64,000 bases of DNA from Stegostoma tigrinum (Eukaryota): contig NC_081370.1 in the NCBI RefSeq assembly GCF_030684315.1, forward strand, positions 50,424,728-50,488,727. Reading direction: 5' to 3'. The notes under the pieces were generated by a model. It searched no databases and was not told where the DNA came from. It saw nothing but the letters and a program-made list of their open reading frames with translations. Positions 53,701 to 63,903 of the stretch are shown piece by piece (the stretch's first letter is position 1; the number at the start of each line of letters is the position of its first letter). Position numbers and translations under genes: made by a program.

Positions 53701-56700
53701 ATATAGCATTTACATATTTTGATATTTTTATTTTTGATGCAGTAGTATGACTAAATTATATCGGTGAGGCCATATGGGTACAGCTCAGGAATATGATAGG
53801 AATGCAGTCACTTTATTGGGGTTGTACTGTGGGCTTCCCAACAGGCAGTACGATATAGAGGAACAGATATGTGGACAGATTGTGGGAAATGTAAAAAATA
53901 GTGATTTTTAACTTCCTCAATATTGACTGGATCTCCCTCAGTACCAGGGGCATAGGTGGGAGGGAGGGCGCATGTTGATGGTTGATTTGAGGTGCATCTG
54001 GGAAGGTTTCTTGAAGCAATATGTAAATAGGCCCAACTAGGGAAGGAACTGGACCTGGTATTGGAGAATGAGCCTGGCCAGGTGATTTGAGTTTCAATAC
54101 TTTGTATTGGTGCATTTCAGGAACAGTGACCATAATTCTAAAGTTTTTAAGTTACTTATTCATAAGGATAAGAGTGGGCTAAGGCAATCTACAAAAATAT
54201 TAGGCAGAAACTGAGGAATGTAGATTGGGAGCAGCAGCTTGAGAATAAATCCACATCTGCCATGTGGGAATCCTTTAAAGACCATCTCCTTAGTGCACAG
54301 GACCAGCGTGTTTCTGTGAAAATGAAAGATAAGAATGGCAAGATTCGGGAACCTCAGCTGACAAGATATTGTAAGCTTAGACAAAAAGAAAATTGAAGCA
54401 TGTGTGAAGTTTAGGAAACCAAAGACGGCAGACAGCCCTTGAAGAATATAAAGAAAGCAAGAAAGAATTTAAATATGAAGTTAGGAGGGCTGAAAGGGAC
54501 CATGAAATGCCCTTGGCAAACAGGATTAAGGAAAATCCCAAGGCATTTTATACATATATAAGGAGCAAGAGGGTAGCTAGGGAAAGGATAGGTCCACTCA
54601 AGGACAAAGGAGGGAATTTATGTCTGGAGCTAGGGGACGTGGTTGGGGTCCTTAAGAAATACTTTGTAATGGTGCTCATAAAGGAGAAGGACACCGGTGA
54701 ATGGTAAGTCTAGAGAGGAGAATGTTGATTTAGTCGGGCATGTCAATATAACAGAGTTAAGACCATAGACCATAAGACATAGGAGTGGAAGTAGGGCCAT
54801 TTGGCTCATCGAGTCCACTCCGCCATTTAAATCATGGCTGATGGGCATTTCAACTTCACTTCCCTGCACTCTCCCCATAACCCTTAATTCCTTGTGAGAT
54901 CAAGAATTTAGCGATCTCTGCCTTGAAGACATTTAACGTCCCAGCCTCCACTGCACTCCTTGGCAATGAATTCTACAGGCCCACCACACTCTGGCTGAAG
55001 AAATGTCTCCTCATTTCCATTTTAAATTTACCCCCTCGAATTCTAAGGTTGTGCCCACGGGTCCTGGTCTTCCCGCCTAATGGAAACAACTTCCCAGCGT
55101 TCACCCTTTCTAAGCCATACATTATCTTGTAAGTTTCTATTAGATTTTCCCTCAACCTTCTAAACTCTAATGAATATAATCGCAGGATCCTCAGCCATTC
55201 ATCGTATGTTAAACCTAGTTGTTGGGTGTTGTGAAAAGCATTAAGACAGACAAGTCCCCAGGACCTGATTGGATCTGTCCCAGAATACTGAGGGAGAAAT
55301 TGTTGGGAAGTTGCTTGCAACTTGTACAAAGCCTTTGTATCTTTATTTAAAGGAGAGGTTCCAGAGGTCTGGAGAATAGCCAGTGTTGTTCCTTTATATA
55401 AGAAGGGTCATAGAGATAATCCGAAATGATAGGCCAGTGAGCATTATGTCAGTGGTGGGGAATTTATTGGAGAAGATTCTTATCAACAGGATTTACTCAC
55501 ATTTAGAAAAAATATGCAAAAGGCAGCATGGCTTTGTGCAGCAGAGGTTGTATCTCACAAACTTGATTGAGTGTTATGAGAAAATGATAAAGATGCTTGG
55601 TAAGGGCAGGTCAGTGGATGTTTTTTACATGGACTTTAGCAAGGTCTTAGACAAGATTCATCGTGGCACGCTGATACAGGAGGTGAAATAACATGGTATC
55701 GGCAGTGAGCTGGTAAGATCGATACAGAACTGGCTTGGCATAGAAGACCAAGTAGTGGTGGAAGGGTGTTTTTCTGACCGGAGATCTGTGACCACTGATT
55801 CGTAAGTTTGTGAACAACAAAGATTTGGGGAGCTGTGGATAGTGAGGAAGATTGCCAGAGGATGCAGCAGGAGATAGACACCTTGGGTAGAGCAATAGCA
55901 GATGGAATTTAATTCCGACAAATGCAATGTTATGGATTTTGCACGGTCTAATGCAGGAGGAAAGTGTACAGTAAATGGCAGAACCCGTAGAAGCATTTAC
56001 ATGCAGAAGGCTCTAGGTATATAGGTCCTTTAATTAGGCCACACTTGGAATATTATGCATCATTCTGGTCTCCACACTGCCAGAAGGATGTGAAGGATGG
56101 AGATGGAACAGTAAGGATTTACCCGGATGTTGACTATTTTGGAGGGTATCATCTATGAGGAAAGTTTAGACAAACTTGTTTTCACTTGAGTGCCAGAGGG
56201 TGAGCGACAACCTGATTTGAAATTTACAAATTGTGAGAGGCATGGATAGAATGGATAGTCGGAGTCTTTTTCCTAGGGTAGATAGGTGAATTACTAGGGG
56301 ACATAGGTTTAAGGTAAAAGGGGGTAAGTTTGAACGAGACTTGAGAGGCAAGACTCTGGAATGTGCTGCCAGAGGACGTGGTAGAAGCAGGTGCAACAGC
56401 AGTGTTTAACAGGCATGTCATATACATGAATAGGCAGGGAATAGAGAGGTATGGACTGCATAGGGCAAAATATTTTCAGTTTAGCCAGGCCTCATGTCCG
56501 TGCAGGCTTGGTGGTCCAAAAGGCCTGCTTCCTGTGCTGCACTGTTCTTTGTTCTTTTGCTCTAGAACCAGGAGTCATACATGAAAATAAGAGGGGTTTA
56601 GGACGACTTGAGATGAAAGACAGTTGCGTATCTTTGCAATTGTCCACAGTGGACTGTGGAACCTCAGAGTTTAAGTAAGTTCAACATGAGTAGTGATAGA

Positions 56701-59700
56701 ATAGAATTCCTATTACCAATTGCATAAAAGGTTAGGGGGATTGTGTGTGTGAGAAATAAAGTATTCGATCAGCCATGATTGCATTAAATGATAGGGCAGG
56801 CTCAATAGATTGAATGGTCTACTCCTGTTCCTATACTTCGAGGTGCAATGCTTTTAATTTAAATGATCATTGTTTTGCTCTGATCCTTGCATATGCCACC
56901 ACTGATCAAATCTGGCCCCAGAATGAAACATAAACCATATATTTTATTTAGTTAGTTAACCTGGCCTTCAGTTACTAAGACCTATTTACTCAAGACTGCA
57001 GATTTTCTTTAACAACAGAACAGAAATTCATTACACAAAAGGATCTTATTCTTTAAAAACAAGCTGTCTAAATCTAGGAGACACTTTGAAAGACCTCAAA
57101 GCACAGAACAGAACAAACTTTTAGCATGTTTCCTGACACTATCCTTTAACAAAAACCCAGATAAAATCAGAAGAAATAGGGACAGGAGCAGGCTTAAGCG
57201 AGATTCGACATTCCTCACAACCACTTTCCTATCCTTTGCCTGTAACCCTCGATTCTCCCACTCATGAAAAATCTTATCTCAGCCTTCAAAATACACAAGG
57301 ACTCTGCTCCCACAGCTGTCTGTGGCAAGGTGTTTCAAAAACACTCGCCTTCTGAAAGAAGAATTTCCTCCTTATTTCAGTCTTAAATGGTGCCCCTTTG
57401 TCCTGACACAATGTCGTTTAATCCTAGACTCTCCTATGAGGCGTTAACAGCTTATCAGCATTTAACCTGTCAAGGCCCTTAAGAATCCTACATATTTCAA
57501 TGAGATAACTCCTCATTCTTTTAAATTCTGATGAGTCGAGACCCAACCTGTTAAACCTTTTCTCATAAAACAATCCCTACATACCGGGGATCATTCTAGT
57601 GAACCTCTTCTTAGCTGCCTGCAATGAAATGATATCTTTCCTTAAATAAGAGAACCAAAACTTCTCACAGTACTCTAAATGTGGTCCCACCGTAACTTTG
57701 TACAGCTGCAGTAAAACACTCCAACTGTTATATTCCCACTATCTTTAAATAATGGCTAATGTTCCATTCGACTTCCTGATTACCTGCTATCCCTGTGTGC
57801 TACTTTTCTGTGTTTCATGTGCAAGAATCACATTTCTACAGACAGTTGCTCTCCATTTAAATAATACTGTGCTTTCATTGTCTCTTCCAAAGTGAACAAC
57901 TTCACAATGTTCCACAGGGATATAGGATATATGTCTAGATAGAGATAGGGGTGTAATTTCTCTGGACTCGGCCCTCTGACAGATCATGTCAGAAAACATG
58001 TTGGTGACAGTAGGAACTGCCGATGCTGAAGTATCTGAGATAACACAATGTAGAGCTGGATGAACATAGCAGGAGGAGCAGGAAGGATGACATTTCAGGT
58101 CTGGAACCTCCTTCATTTCTGAAGAAGGGTCCAGACCCGAAATGTCAACTCGGCCTGCTGTGTCCATCCAACTCTACACCTTGCTATCTTTGGTTACAGT
58201 AGATATTGCCTATATAAACCTTTCATGCAGTAATTTTACCCTTTACCAGTAGATGCTTTAGTGCCAATGTTTACATTTCATAGCTCGTAAACCCAGATTG
58301 AGCCAAATGTGAGTCTTCATAAGTGTGCTTCTGTACTTCCCAAATTGTTTTCCCTATTCAACTGTATTAAAAAAAATACAAAAATGTATTATCTAAACAT
58401 AACATTATATTCAAATCAGGAATTAAGTCTGTTCAGATTATTTAATCAAATTACCTCCTATCTTCTCTAATCTTGTTTAACCTGAAAATTGCTTTGGTTT
58501 TTACTCCAGTGCCTTGCATGATATAGGAGGTTGTGTATGTTTATTTGAATTTGCCGCCTTGTCTCCACATCTGTCATCATCTATATCTCTACATTAGTTG
58601 CATTTTTAAGATGTGGCCTCAATCTTAACATTTATGAAAAAGAGACATTTTGCTTACATTTTTCATCTTGCATTAGTCATTAGCACAATTCAGAAGAATT
58701 ACCAATTTAAAGGGAATATAGCATTTATCCCTTATCAGTGTGCTAATTGGTTAGCAAATGAACTGGTTGCTGGAGGTGTTGTCATGGAGAATCTACCAGT
58801 TAATGATGACTGTCAGTCAACCATCAGGTTTTGTTTAAACACTGCAGGTTGATTCTGGTCAAGATATTGTCCTGAGAAATGAACCAGAGAATGGTTGTCA
58901 CTTAACTTATTGCGATGAAACAGGTGAAGTCTATGTACATATTGTTTTTGCCTGCAGAAAGGGTCCTGTGTATTAAAATATTCCAGTACAAGCAAGTGCA
59001 CCATATTGCAAACCCAAGTGGCAATCATTATTAGTTTTTCATTATTATTTTCAAAGCACTTGGGATTATATACCAAATATTATCCAGTTGTAGAATCACA
59101 TAATTGTAAATTTGACACGCACAAACTGCTTGGCACAGTCAGTATCTTGTTTTTTGTGACAGAAAGGTTGTCGATCTGAAACAATTCTGTCACTGCAGAT
59201 ACTGTCTGGACTACTGAGTGTTCCCAACGTTTAGTATGTTTTTATTATGTTTTGAAAATGAAGCTTCTTACCAAGTAAAGTCATGTCTATTTTAAAAACA
59301 TGTTGATCTATTAACCGTTCTGTTAGATTTAATAAAAGTGTTTTACAAGTTTTGCAAATCAAGTATAATATAAAACATGCATGTTGTTGTTGTTCCTGGA
59401 AGGCCATTGTAACAGCAGAGAACATGACTTATCAGCTCATGAACATCAAAAGTATTTTACTGATCCAGAAAGGATAATAGAGTCCTCAGAGGAAGCCATC
59501 CTCAAAGAGGATTCCCAGCTACCTGGACCCTCACAAGGGGATTCATCACCATCGGAACTTAAATGTGAGTCATTTTTTATTCTTTCATGGGATATGGATT
59601 AGTATTTATAATCCACGTTTGATTGCCTTTGAAGTGAGCAGCTTGTTAGGCCAGTGCAAAGAGTATTTAAGAGTCGACCACCTTTCTGTGGATCTAGAGT

Positions 59701-62700
59701 CACTTGACGAGTTAAGGATGACAGATTTCCTTTCTGAAAGAACATTCATGCACCAGTTGGATGATATTGAAAATGACAATGATAGCATGATTATCGTAAC
59801 TGAGTCTAGCTTTATTTCCAGATCTACTAACTGAATTCAAATTGCACCAGCTGGTGTGGTGGGATTTAAACAGACATCCCCAGAGCATTAGCCTAGTCCT
59901 CTGGATTACTACGACATCACTGTCTGCCCCAAAATGCATCTGGACTTTGTAATGGACATGATAAACTTAAAAACATTCTTGCTTACTTGTGTTGACCTAG
60001 TGACTGTGAAGTAATTAAAATTGAAATACAAATTGGTAAAATTCAGCTGAAAACAGTCATTTTCCAATCACATTTAGAACCAGAATTGAAGATTAAAAGA
60101 GAATTAAATGACAATTTACACACACAAAGAAATCGTTGTTTGAAAGGTGCAGAAAAGGTAGTTGATGCCAATGAACATACTTTGATTTTACATCCATGAG
60201 TTAACCTTGTCGTGGGTTAAATACAATGTATGTTCTGCAAAATTATTTCCTCTGCTTGATTTCCATACGCAGCAGAAGAAAATTATGCAAAATATCTGTT
60301 TGAAGGAATTTTGCATAGCAGGTGAGCAGAGGTGGATTATTTTTCTTGAAGATGTCAACAGCAATCCTGAAGGAAAGAACTTCTGAGGCCATCTTTCTGA
60401 GTTGAAGTGATGGTTGAGTTGCATTTATTAATAAGGGAAGTTTTGTTTCTTTCTTGGCAGCCAGCCTCAAAACTAGGAACAGGAATTGATCATTCACTCG
60501 CTAAAGTCTGTCTCATTGTTTACTAAGATTATGGCAGCTGCAAGGTACTTACAATTTCCTGAATGAACTTGAAAGATTTCCTCATTTTGGCCAGATTAGA
60601 ACGAGGAGACACTGTTTAATAATAAGTTTGCCTTTTAATATAGGTCTAAGGATTTTTTAATTTCTCTCAAGATTGTTATCCTTGGAATTCAAGGTAATAA
60701 AGGCTGGATGATTGTCTCAAATAAATTCAGAGTTAGGTGGAGTTTTGATTGACGAAGGCATCTAGGATTGTGGAGACCAGGCAGGAAAATAGAATTTAGA
60801 CCACAGCAAGGTTAGCCATTATGCTATTGAATAGTGGAGTAGGTTTGAAGGAATGTATGACCTGGGCCTTGCTCTTATGTTCCTGTGATCTGGCTAGCCT
60901 TTTTTTTGTTTTTGCAGTTTTTATTTGTTGGTAGCAAAATCACTGGGTTCACCTACACCAAATAGATGGTGGCATTTCAAGATGGCAGCTCGCCATCATT
61001 TTCCTAAAGTCAACTTGAGGTGGACAGTAAATACTGGCTCAGTTATTGATGTTGAAATCCATATTGTACGGTTGGTTTTGCGAGGTGTTGGCAGTTGGGG
61101 AGGTGTTGAGGTTGCTGTTGAGCTGATGCATAGTCAGAGATAGGCTCAGTCATGGTTGACAGAAGCTGCCTGTTGCAGACTGTAGGCTCCATAGAGAGGC
61201 TAAAGTTGGATGGCTGGGAACAGTTCAACCTCAAGTCTGAGCGAGCGAGACAGCAAAACAGCGCCAATCGGGTCATCTACAGTGTTAAAAAAAATCTGAT
61301 CATGTGCAGTGAGATTCCAAGTCCCAGTGACTTAATAACGTTAGAGTAATGCAACTATATACGGGCAGCGTTGAATCTGCAACTCCCGTGTTAAAGACTG
61401 AAAAAATTTGGAGATTCCCAACTTAGAAATCACCTTTAGAAATGTTGGACTGCGCTTAGGTGTCAAAATGGATAGACTCTTCATATTAGAGATAGTAGGA
61501 ACTGCAGATGCTGGAGAATCTGAGATAACAAGGTGTAGAGCTGGATGAACACAGCAGGCCAAGCAGCATCAGAGGAGCAGCAAGGCTGACGTTTCGGGCC
61601 TAGACACTTCTTTCTGAATCTCGGCCCGAAACATCAGTCTTCCTGCTCCTCTGATGCTGCTTGGCCGGCTGTGTTCATCCAGCTCTACATCTTGTTATCT
61701 CGGACTCTTCGTACTAGCTGGAATTAGATTTTCAGAAAGAAACACACTTTTGAAACAGATATCAGAAGGATTAAAAGAACTCCTGAGAAAATTACATTTC
61801 TTAGCAACCTTCATGGCTTAAATGGGTCATTCAGTTGATATAAACACAATGAATAGAGGATTGACCTGTGGCTGCAACAAGACATTAGCAAGATAAATGC
61901 TGAAAGCGTCAGTATGAAAGAATGATAACTAAAAGGAATGAAGCTAGAGACACTTATGGCATTTATAGGCAGTTGACAGGAGCTGGGAACTATAACAGAA
62001 GAATGAATCTCAGAAATGTCCATGCTATGGTAGGATTATAATATCATTATGCAATTAATTGTTCTAAACAGAGTGCAAGGGTTTGGAAATTACACATTTC
62101 ACACAGACAGTTTGGAAAGTGAAGATAGTGATACTGATCAGGCAGAATAGAAGAGTTATAAGAAACTTCAGCCCAATAATGAATATTTGTTTCTGTCACA
62201 GACTTGAACAGTCACACTGTGCTGGACAGTGGATGCAGATCTACAGTGTGTGGATTAGTTAAAATGTTCTTTAATCTTACTTTAGTCCTCTGTAGTGAAA
62301 GAAATTTGCAAGCTCTATCTGCTTTAGGTTTGGAGATGACAGCATACAGAAATTACTAAAGACGTGGTGATTTCCTGCAAAATAGTTGAGTGAAAACACT
62401 TGGCCAGCACAGATGTAACAGCAAATGAAATACCCTTGCTGTTAGTCAATGAAAAAATTTCAAATGAAATCCATGGAAAGCAAGGAGACATTTATTTGGA
62501 AAGTCAGTGGACTTAACAGTTTACATGATCAAATGCCAGTATTCCAGATCAGTGTTGAAGCATGTCGGAGTTTACAATATTATTGTTAAGAAAGTGCACT
62601 AAATGTTGTCTTTTGGCTTAGGAAGCCAAAAAAAAGTAGCTAATAGTACATTAGCATTAGTGTGGAATTTTATTGGGACCTGAATGATGAGGGTCATATC

Positions 62701-63903
62701 AAGTAATGTGGCAATATCACACTGGAAGTCCATAAGATCTGTCTTGACATTGGGAGCGAATGACTGTGTCCTTTAACTAAATTCTGGATGCTATGGTAAG
62801 ATCCTCACTAGGTAGCCCTGAGTTGCCTATTAAAGAGGAATATTGTTTGTTAATCTTATTATGATGCTCACCAAATTTCAGACAACACCCACCATCCTTC
62901 CAACATTCTCTGCAAGCTGCACAGCTAAGCAGCCCTTCTGGGTTTCCACATATTGATCAGTGTGGTCAGCAAACCAACAGATGGACTTCCAGTTTCAGAA
63001 GTTGTTGCATGCAGGAACCTTGAAGGCTCTGTTCTGAAGAAGGGTCACTGGACCTGAAACATTAGCTCTGCTTTTCCTCCACAGATGCTGCCAGACCTGC
63101 AAAGTTATCCCAGCAATTTCTGTTTTTATGATTTCCAGCAACCGTGGTTCTTTTAGGAATTTGTAATTGTTTCCTGTCAAATTGAAGTACAGGTTGTGAG
63201 GGGATAAGTGAGCTTCTTCGTAAAATGGAACATGTCTACATATCCAGTCAGCCATTTGGAATTGAGGATAATTGGTCTAATGCTGTGCCACTGCACGAGA
63301 GTATGTTTGCATAAATGAAGCTTGAGCACATCTGGGCAGACACTACTGCAGTAGTCCGTCTGTGATCAAACAAGCCAATAACACATTTTCATGTAGATAA
63401 CAGAACATGAGACAACTAACACTTTTGTTTGTAGTCCATAGTATTTCTTGACTCATTTACTGTTCTGCTGCAGAGATAGTATGTTCTACTGTATCAGTTC
63501 CAGACAATTCAAGATCATGTTATCAGTTCTTCAAGGTATGTTGTTTTTGTTTTGCACCCTGAAGGAATCATTACTTCTTGTTCCACTATTGTTAATCTAT
63601 GGGTCCTTTCTGTTTATAGCTGTAATTATAGCAGAAAACAACAGCACTAATGAAAGAGAAATTCCTAAAACCTTGGAGACTGATGAAAATCCATCTGCCA
63701 CGTCAGAAGTGTTTGAAAATACTTGGCCCTCCGAAAAAGACCTTCTGGGAGCATTTGAAGGAGCATTTGAAGGAACATTTGAAGTTAAAGGTCATCGAGT
63801 AGATTTACAGGGTATTCGGGTTTTAAAGAAAAGTGTCCAGGATGGAGTACCTGGATCCTGTTTTGGAGATTGTGAAGATGATGATGATGACGAAGCCGAA
63901 TGG
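17562..63903 (+). CDS. TTC17: TTC17 (tetratricopeptide repeat protein 17), partial multi-exon CDS: 16 exons in window, 816 codons, 5' and 3' ends outside window
   Basis: Exon peptides match vertebrate TTC17 as I recall it (KHLVAQKIHIEENEDRDTGLEQRH, NTSSWVLYNMASFYWR, MLGEYNHSVLCYD, LNEAGLYWRA, DLQGIRVLKK). All introns are GT-AG and phases are consistent; exon lengths sum to 2448 nt. Exon numbers below assume the human gene structure. Confidence 0.96.
18611..18934 (+). mobile_element. HE1 SINE (elasmobranch V-SINE), near full length
   Basis: tRNA-like head with A box tggctcagtagttag and B box gggttcgattcc; V-domain gtggagtttgcatgttctccccgtg; CR1-type tail gggcctgtttcc. Confidence 0.9.
18985..19420 (-). 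mobile_element. CR1 LINE 3' fragment
   Basis: LKTRGQRFKLR..FFTQRV..WHELPEEVVDAG. Confidence 0.85.
19572..19683 (+). CDS. TTC17: TTC17 coding exon (~exon 4): PEEYIDT...AFQHLR
   Basis: Acceptor ttctcttatag; donor AGG|gtgaat; 112 nt; phase fits previous exon. Confidence 0.93.
20733..20853 (-). mobile_element. Solo Penelope pseudo-LTR (hammerhead truncated before CUGAUGA)
   Basis: Near-identical to 7843-7960. Confidence 0.85.
20947..21078 (+). CDS. TTC17: TTC17 coding exon (~exon 5): GIQERINL...AALLK
   Basis: Acceptor ttctag; donor AAG|gtacga; 132 nt. Confidence 0.93.
23461..23570 (+). CDS. TTC17: TTC17 coding exon (~exon 6): NTSSWVLYNMASFYWR...LHFSP
   Basis: Acceptor ttatttttag; donor CG|gtaagc; 110 nt; TPR region. 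Confidence 0.95.
23760..24915 (+). mobile_element. Cluster of CR1 3' fragments with an embedded antisense repeat piece
   Basis: Degenerate LYRTLVRP-type segments; ends with the gggtctgtttctgtattgtatgac CR1 tail. Confidence 0.7.
25240..26290 (-). mobile_element. Two CR1 3' fragments
   Basis: Antisense CR1 3' ends (tatggtgaccagaattgaacacaata, accactcctggcagcgcattcc). Confidence 0.7.
26390..27517 (+). mobile_element. CR1/L2-clade LINE 3' remnant whose tail is shared with a SINE
   Basis: Degenerate RT (QSSVMGPTI; DNKWQVTF); 3' tail gggcaataaatgttgacc...gaatgaatttaaaaaa. Confidence 0.65.
27860..28885 (+). mobile_element. Neptune-like PLE 3' fragment (GIY-YIG remnant + pseudo-LTR)
   Basis: IQGPKQTFH..., EHLRS, HHFNSPSHS; ends ctgaagaagcgtcctaaaccaaaatgtcaac...gctgtgttccaccag. 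Confidence 0.8.
29027..29174 (+). CDS. TTC17: TTC17 coding exon (~exon 7): QHKDVALMNLANVLH...LGNIYA
   Basis: Acceptor ttttaaacag; donor GCT|gtgagt; 148 nt. Confidence 0.95.
29334..29880. repeat. Degenerate repeat pieces carrying a ctgatgagtgcaagatgaa hammerhead-like motif in both orientations
   Basis: ttttcatcttgcactcatca (~29343, minus), ctgatgagtacatgatgaa (29400, plus), ctgatgagtgcaagatgaa (29849, plus). Confidence 0.45.
31250..31525 (-). mobile_element. HE1 SINE, degenerate
   Basis: Antisense V-domain tgtgcaaactccatgcagac and tRNA-like head. Confidence 0.7.
31910..32890 (-). mobile_element. CR1 LINE 3' fragment
   Basis: VQQVVKAANAML, RHEGPNGLLLLL tail, and an antisense GSVLGPQL-type segment. 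Confidence 0.8.
33666..33805 (+). CDS. TTC17: TTC17 coding exon (~exon 8): MLGEYNHSVLCYD...LEAQH
   Basis: Acceptor tttcccag; donor AG|gtatga; 140 nt. Confidence 0.95.
34308..34468 (+). CDS. TTC17: TTC17 coding exon (~exon 9): SLQRTLNELKEYQKQ...ETQL
   Basis: Acceptor tatttag; donor G|gtaaat; 161 nt; coiled-coil-like segment. Confidence 0.95.
35181..35293 (+). CDS. TTC17: TTC17 coding exon (~exon 10): NHQLCRW...EHVQ
   Basis: Acceptor ttctttttag; donor CAG|gtataa; 113 nt. Confidence 0.93.
37176..37328 (+). CDS. TTC17: TTC17 coding exon (~exon 11): FGEDSSTSSMM...IWGKDFSSYN
   Basis: Acceptor tttctttcag; donor AAT|gtaagt; 153 nt. Confidence 0.92.
37745..37980 (+). mobile_element. CR1 3' end fragment
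   Basis: gaccgaagggcctgtttccatgttgtattactct tail. Confidence 0.75.
38469..38575 (+). CDS. TTC17: TTC17 coding exon (~exon 12): DMLWPKRLDC...LPTYFLPPEYRGF
   Basis: Acceptor gttgccag; donor GG|gtaaga; 107 nt; LWPKRxDC and LPTYFLPPE motifs. Confidence 0.9.
39285..39640 (+). mobile_element. Degenerate tRNA-derived SINE
   Basis: Head tggcattggttagg..ggattgatatccagag; tail gggcaattaatgctg. Confidence 0.5.
39876..40050 (+). CDS. TTC17: TTC17 coding exon (~exon 13): VRSVLM...PDCS...LVKELE...YAKQ
   Basis: Acceptor ctttttactag; donor CAG|gtaagt; 175 nt. Confidence 0.9.
41959..42027 (+). CDS. TTC17: TTC17 coding exon (~exon 14): ALYSHLSIIEEQVGEVISRAIEK
   Basis: Acceptor ttttctttgaaaag; donor AAG|gtaagc; 69 nt, phase 0-0; resembles human ...EEEIGSFLFHAINK (from memory). 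Confidence 0.85.
42040..43160 (+). mobile_element. LINE apurinic-endonuclease region remnant
   Basis: LGLWQVVKEP..DILDFIV...DSIGHSDHATV (APE SDH motif). Confidence 0.7.
43801..45969 (-). mobile_element. Neptune-like PLE, 5'-truncated (RT + GIY-YIG) with inverted pseudo-LTR and 15-bp TSD
   Basis: SLYTCIPH, QTKGMAMGTHMGPSYA, NVVYCTRCSRCGLLYIREIKR..EH; perfect TSD caattgaaatagtta (43786-43800 / 45970-45984). Confidence 0.92.
46381..46595. mobile_element. Fold-back PLE-derived mini-element (MER6-like) with 16-bp TSD, inserted in an antisense CR1 fragment
   Basis: TSD tgtggggaaatatcct (46365-46380 / 46596-46611); two inverted arms around a degenerate HHR. Confidence 0.8.
47515..49980 (-). mobile_element. 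CR1 LINE, 5'-truncated (APE C-terminus + RT + 3' tail), degenerate
   Basis: ILDLVLGNE..FGNSDHN, FKKGSKDNPGNY, QHGFVQGRSCLINL, KFADD, LVRPHLEYCVQFW, FFTQRVVSAWNVLP. Confidence 0.92.
50118..50342 (+). CDS. TTC17: TTC17 coding exon (~exon 15): QAAPMWLLLNEAGLYWRA...INSTE
   Basis: Acceptor ctcttccag; donor GAG|gtaatt; 225 nt; TPR region. Confidence 0.95.
50765..51048 (-). mobile_element. HE1 SINE
   Basis: Antisense V-domain and tRNA-like head (gctgtgaggcagcagtgctactgagccac). Confidence 0.8.
52172..52358 (+). CDS. TTC17: TTC17 coding exon (~exon 16): PLTLLSLGNAYLAL...FYPFLYNLTSSKCT
   Basis: Acceptor cttcttccag; donor G|gtaaga; 187 nt. Confidence 0.95.
53740..56560 (+). mobile_element. CR1 LINE remnant (APE-RT-3' tail) with nested antisense CR1
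   Basis: LANRIKENPKAFYTYI, RPVSIMSVVGNLLEKI, QHGF, VFYMDFSK. Confidence 0.88.
54760..55216 (-). mobile_element. Younger CR1 3' fragment nested in the older CR1
   Basis: Open LRLYSLEFRRLRENLIETYKI...FFSQSVVGL; microsatellite-like tail gaccatagaccataagacatagg. Confidence 0.85.
57170..57920 (-). mobile_element. CR1 3' fragment
   Basis: EHCEVVHFGR motif and antisense CR1 3' end. Confidence 0.7.
58014..58189. mobile_element. Fold-back PLE pseudo-LTR mini-element with hammerhead motif
   Basis: Inverted arms; plus-strand CUGAAGA-a-GGGU ccag ACCC-GAAAUGUC at 58119-58146; flanking ttggtgacagtag / ttggttacagtag. Confidence 0.75.
59403..59564 (+). CDS. TTC17: TTC17 symmetric (phase 1-1) probable cassette exon: HCNSREH...QKYF...SELK
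   Basis: Acceptor gttcctggaag; donor T|gtgagt; 162 nt (multiple of 3); resembles the optional GNCHE...KQKYF exon of long mammalian isoforms (from memory). Confidence 0.75.
59583..59930 (-). mobile_element. tRNA-derived SINE (same family as 8748-9083)
   Basis: gcattagcctagtcctctggattactacg head; tail catgggatatgg..agtatttata. Confidence 0.6.
61490..61702. mobile_element. Fold-back PLE pseudo-LTR mini-element with 15-bp TSD
   Basis: Arms 61522-61600 and 61623-61701 are near-perfect inverted repeats; TSD gactcttcatattag (61475-61489) / gactcttcgtactag (61703-61717). Confidence 0.85.
63028..63153 (+). mobile_element. MER6-like PLE-derived fragment with hammerhead-like core
   Basis: ctgaagaagggtcactggacctgaaacatt...ccacagatgctgccagacctgc. 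Confidence 0.65.
63620..63903 (+). CDS. TTC17: TTC17 coding exon: VIIAENN...DLQGIRVLKK...DEAEW
   Basis: Acceptor tctgtttatag; donor TGG|gtaaga; 284 nt. Confidence 0.93.
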
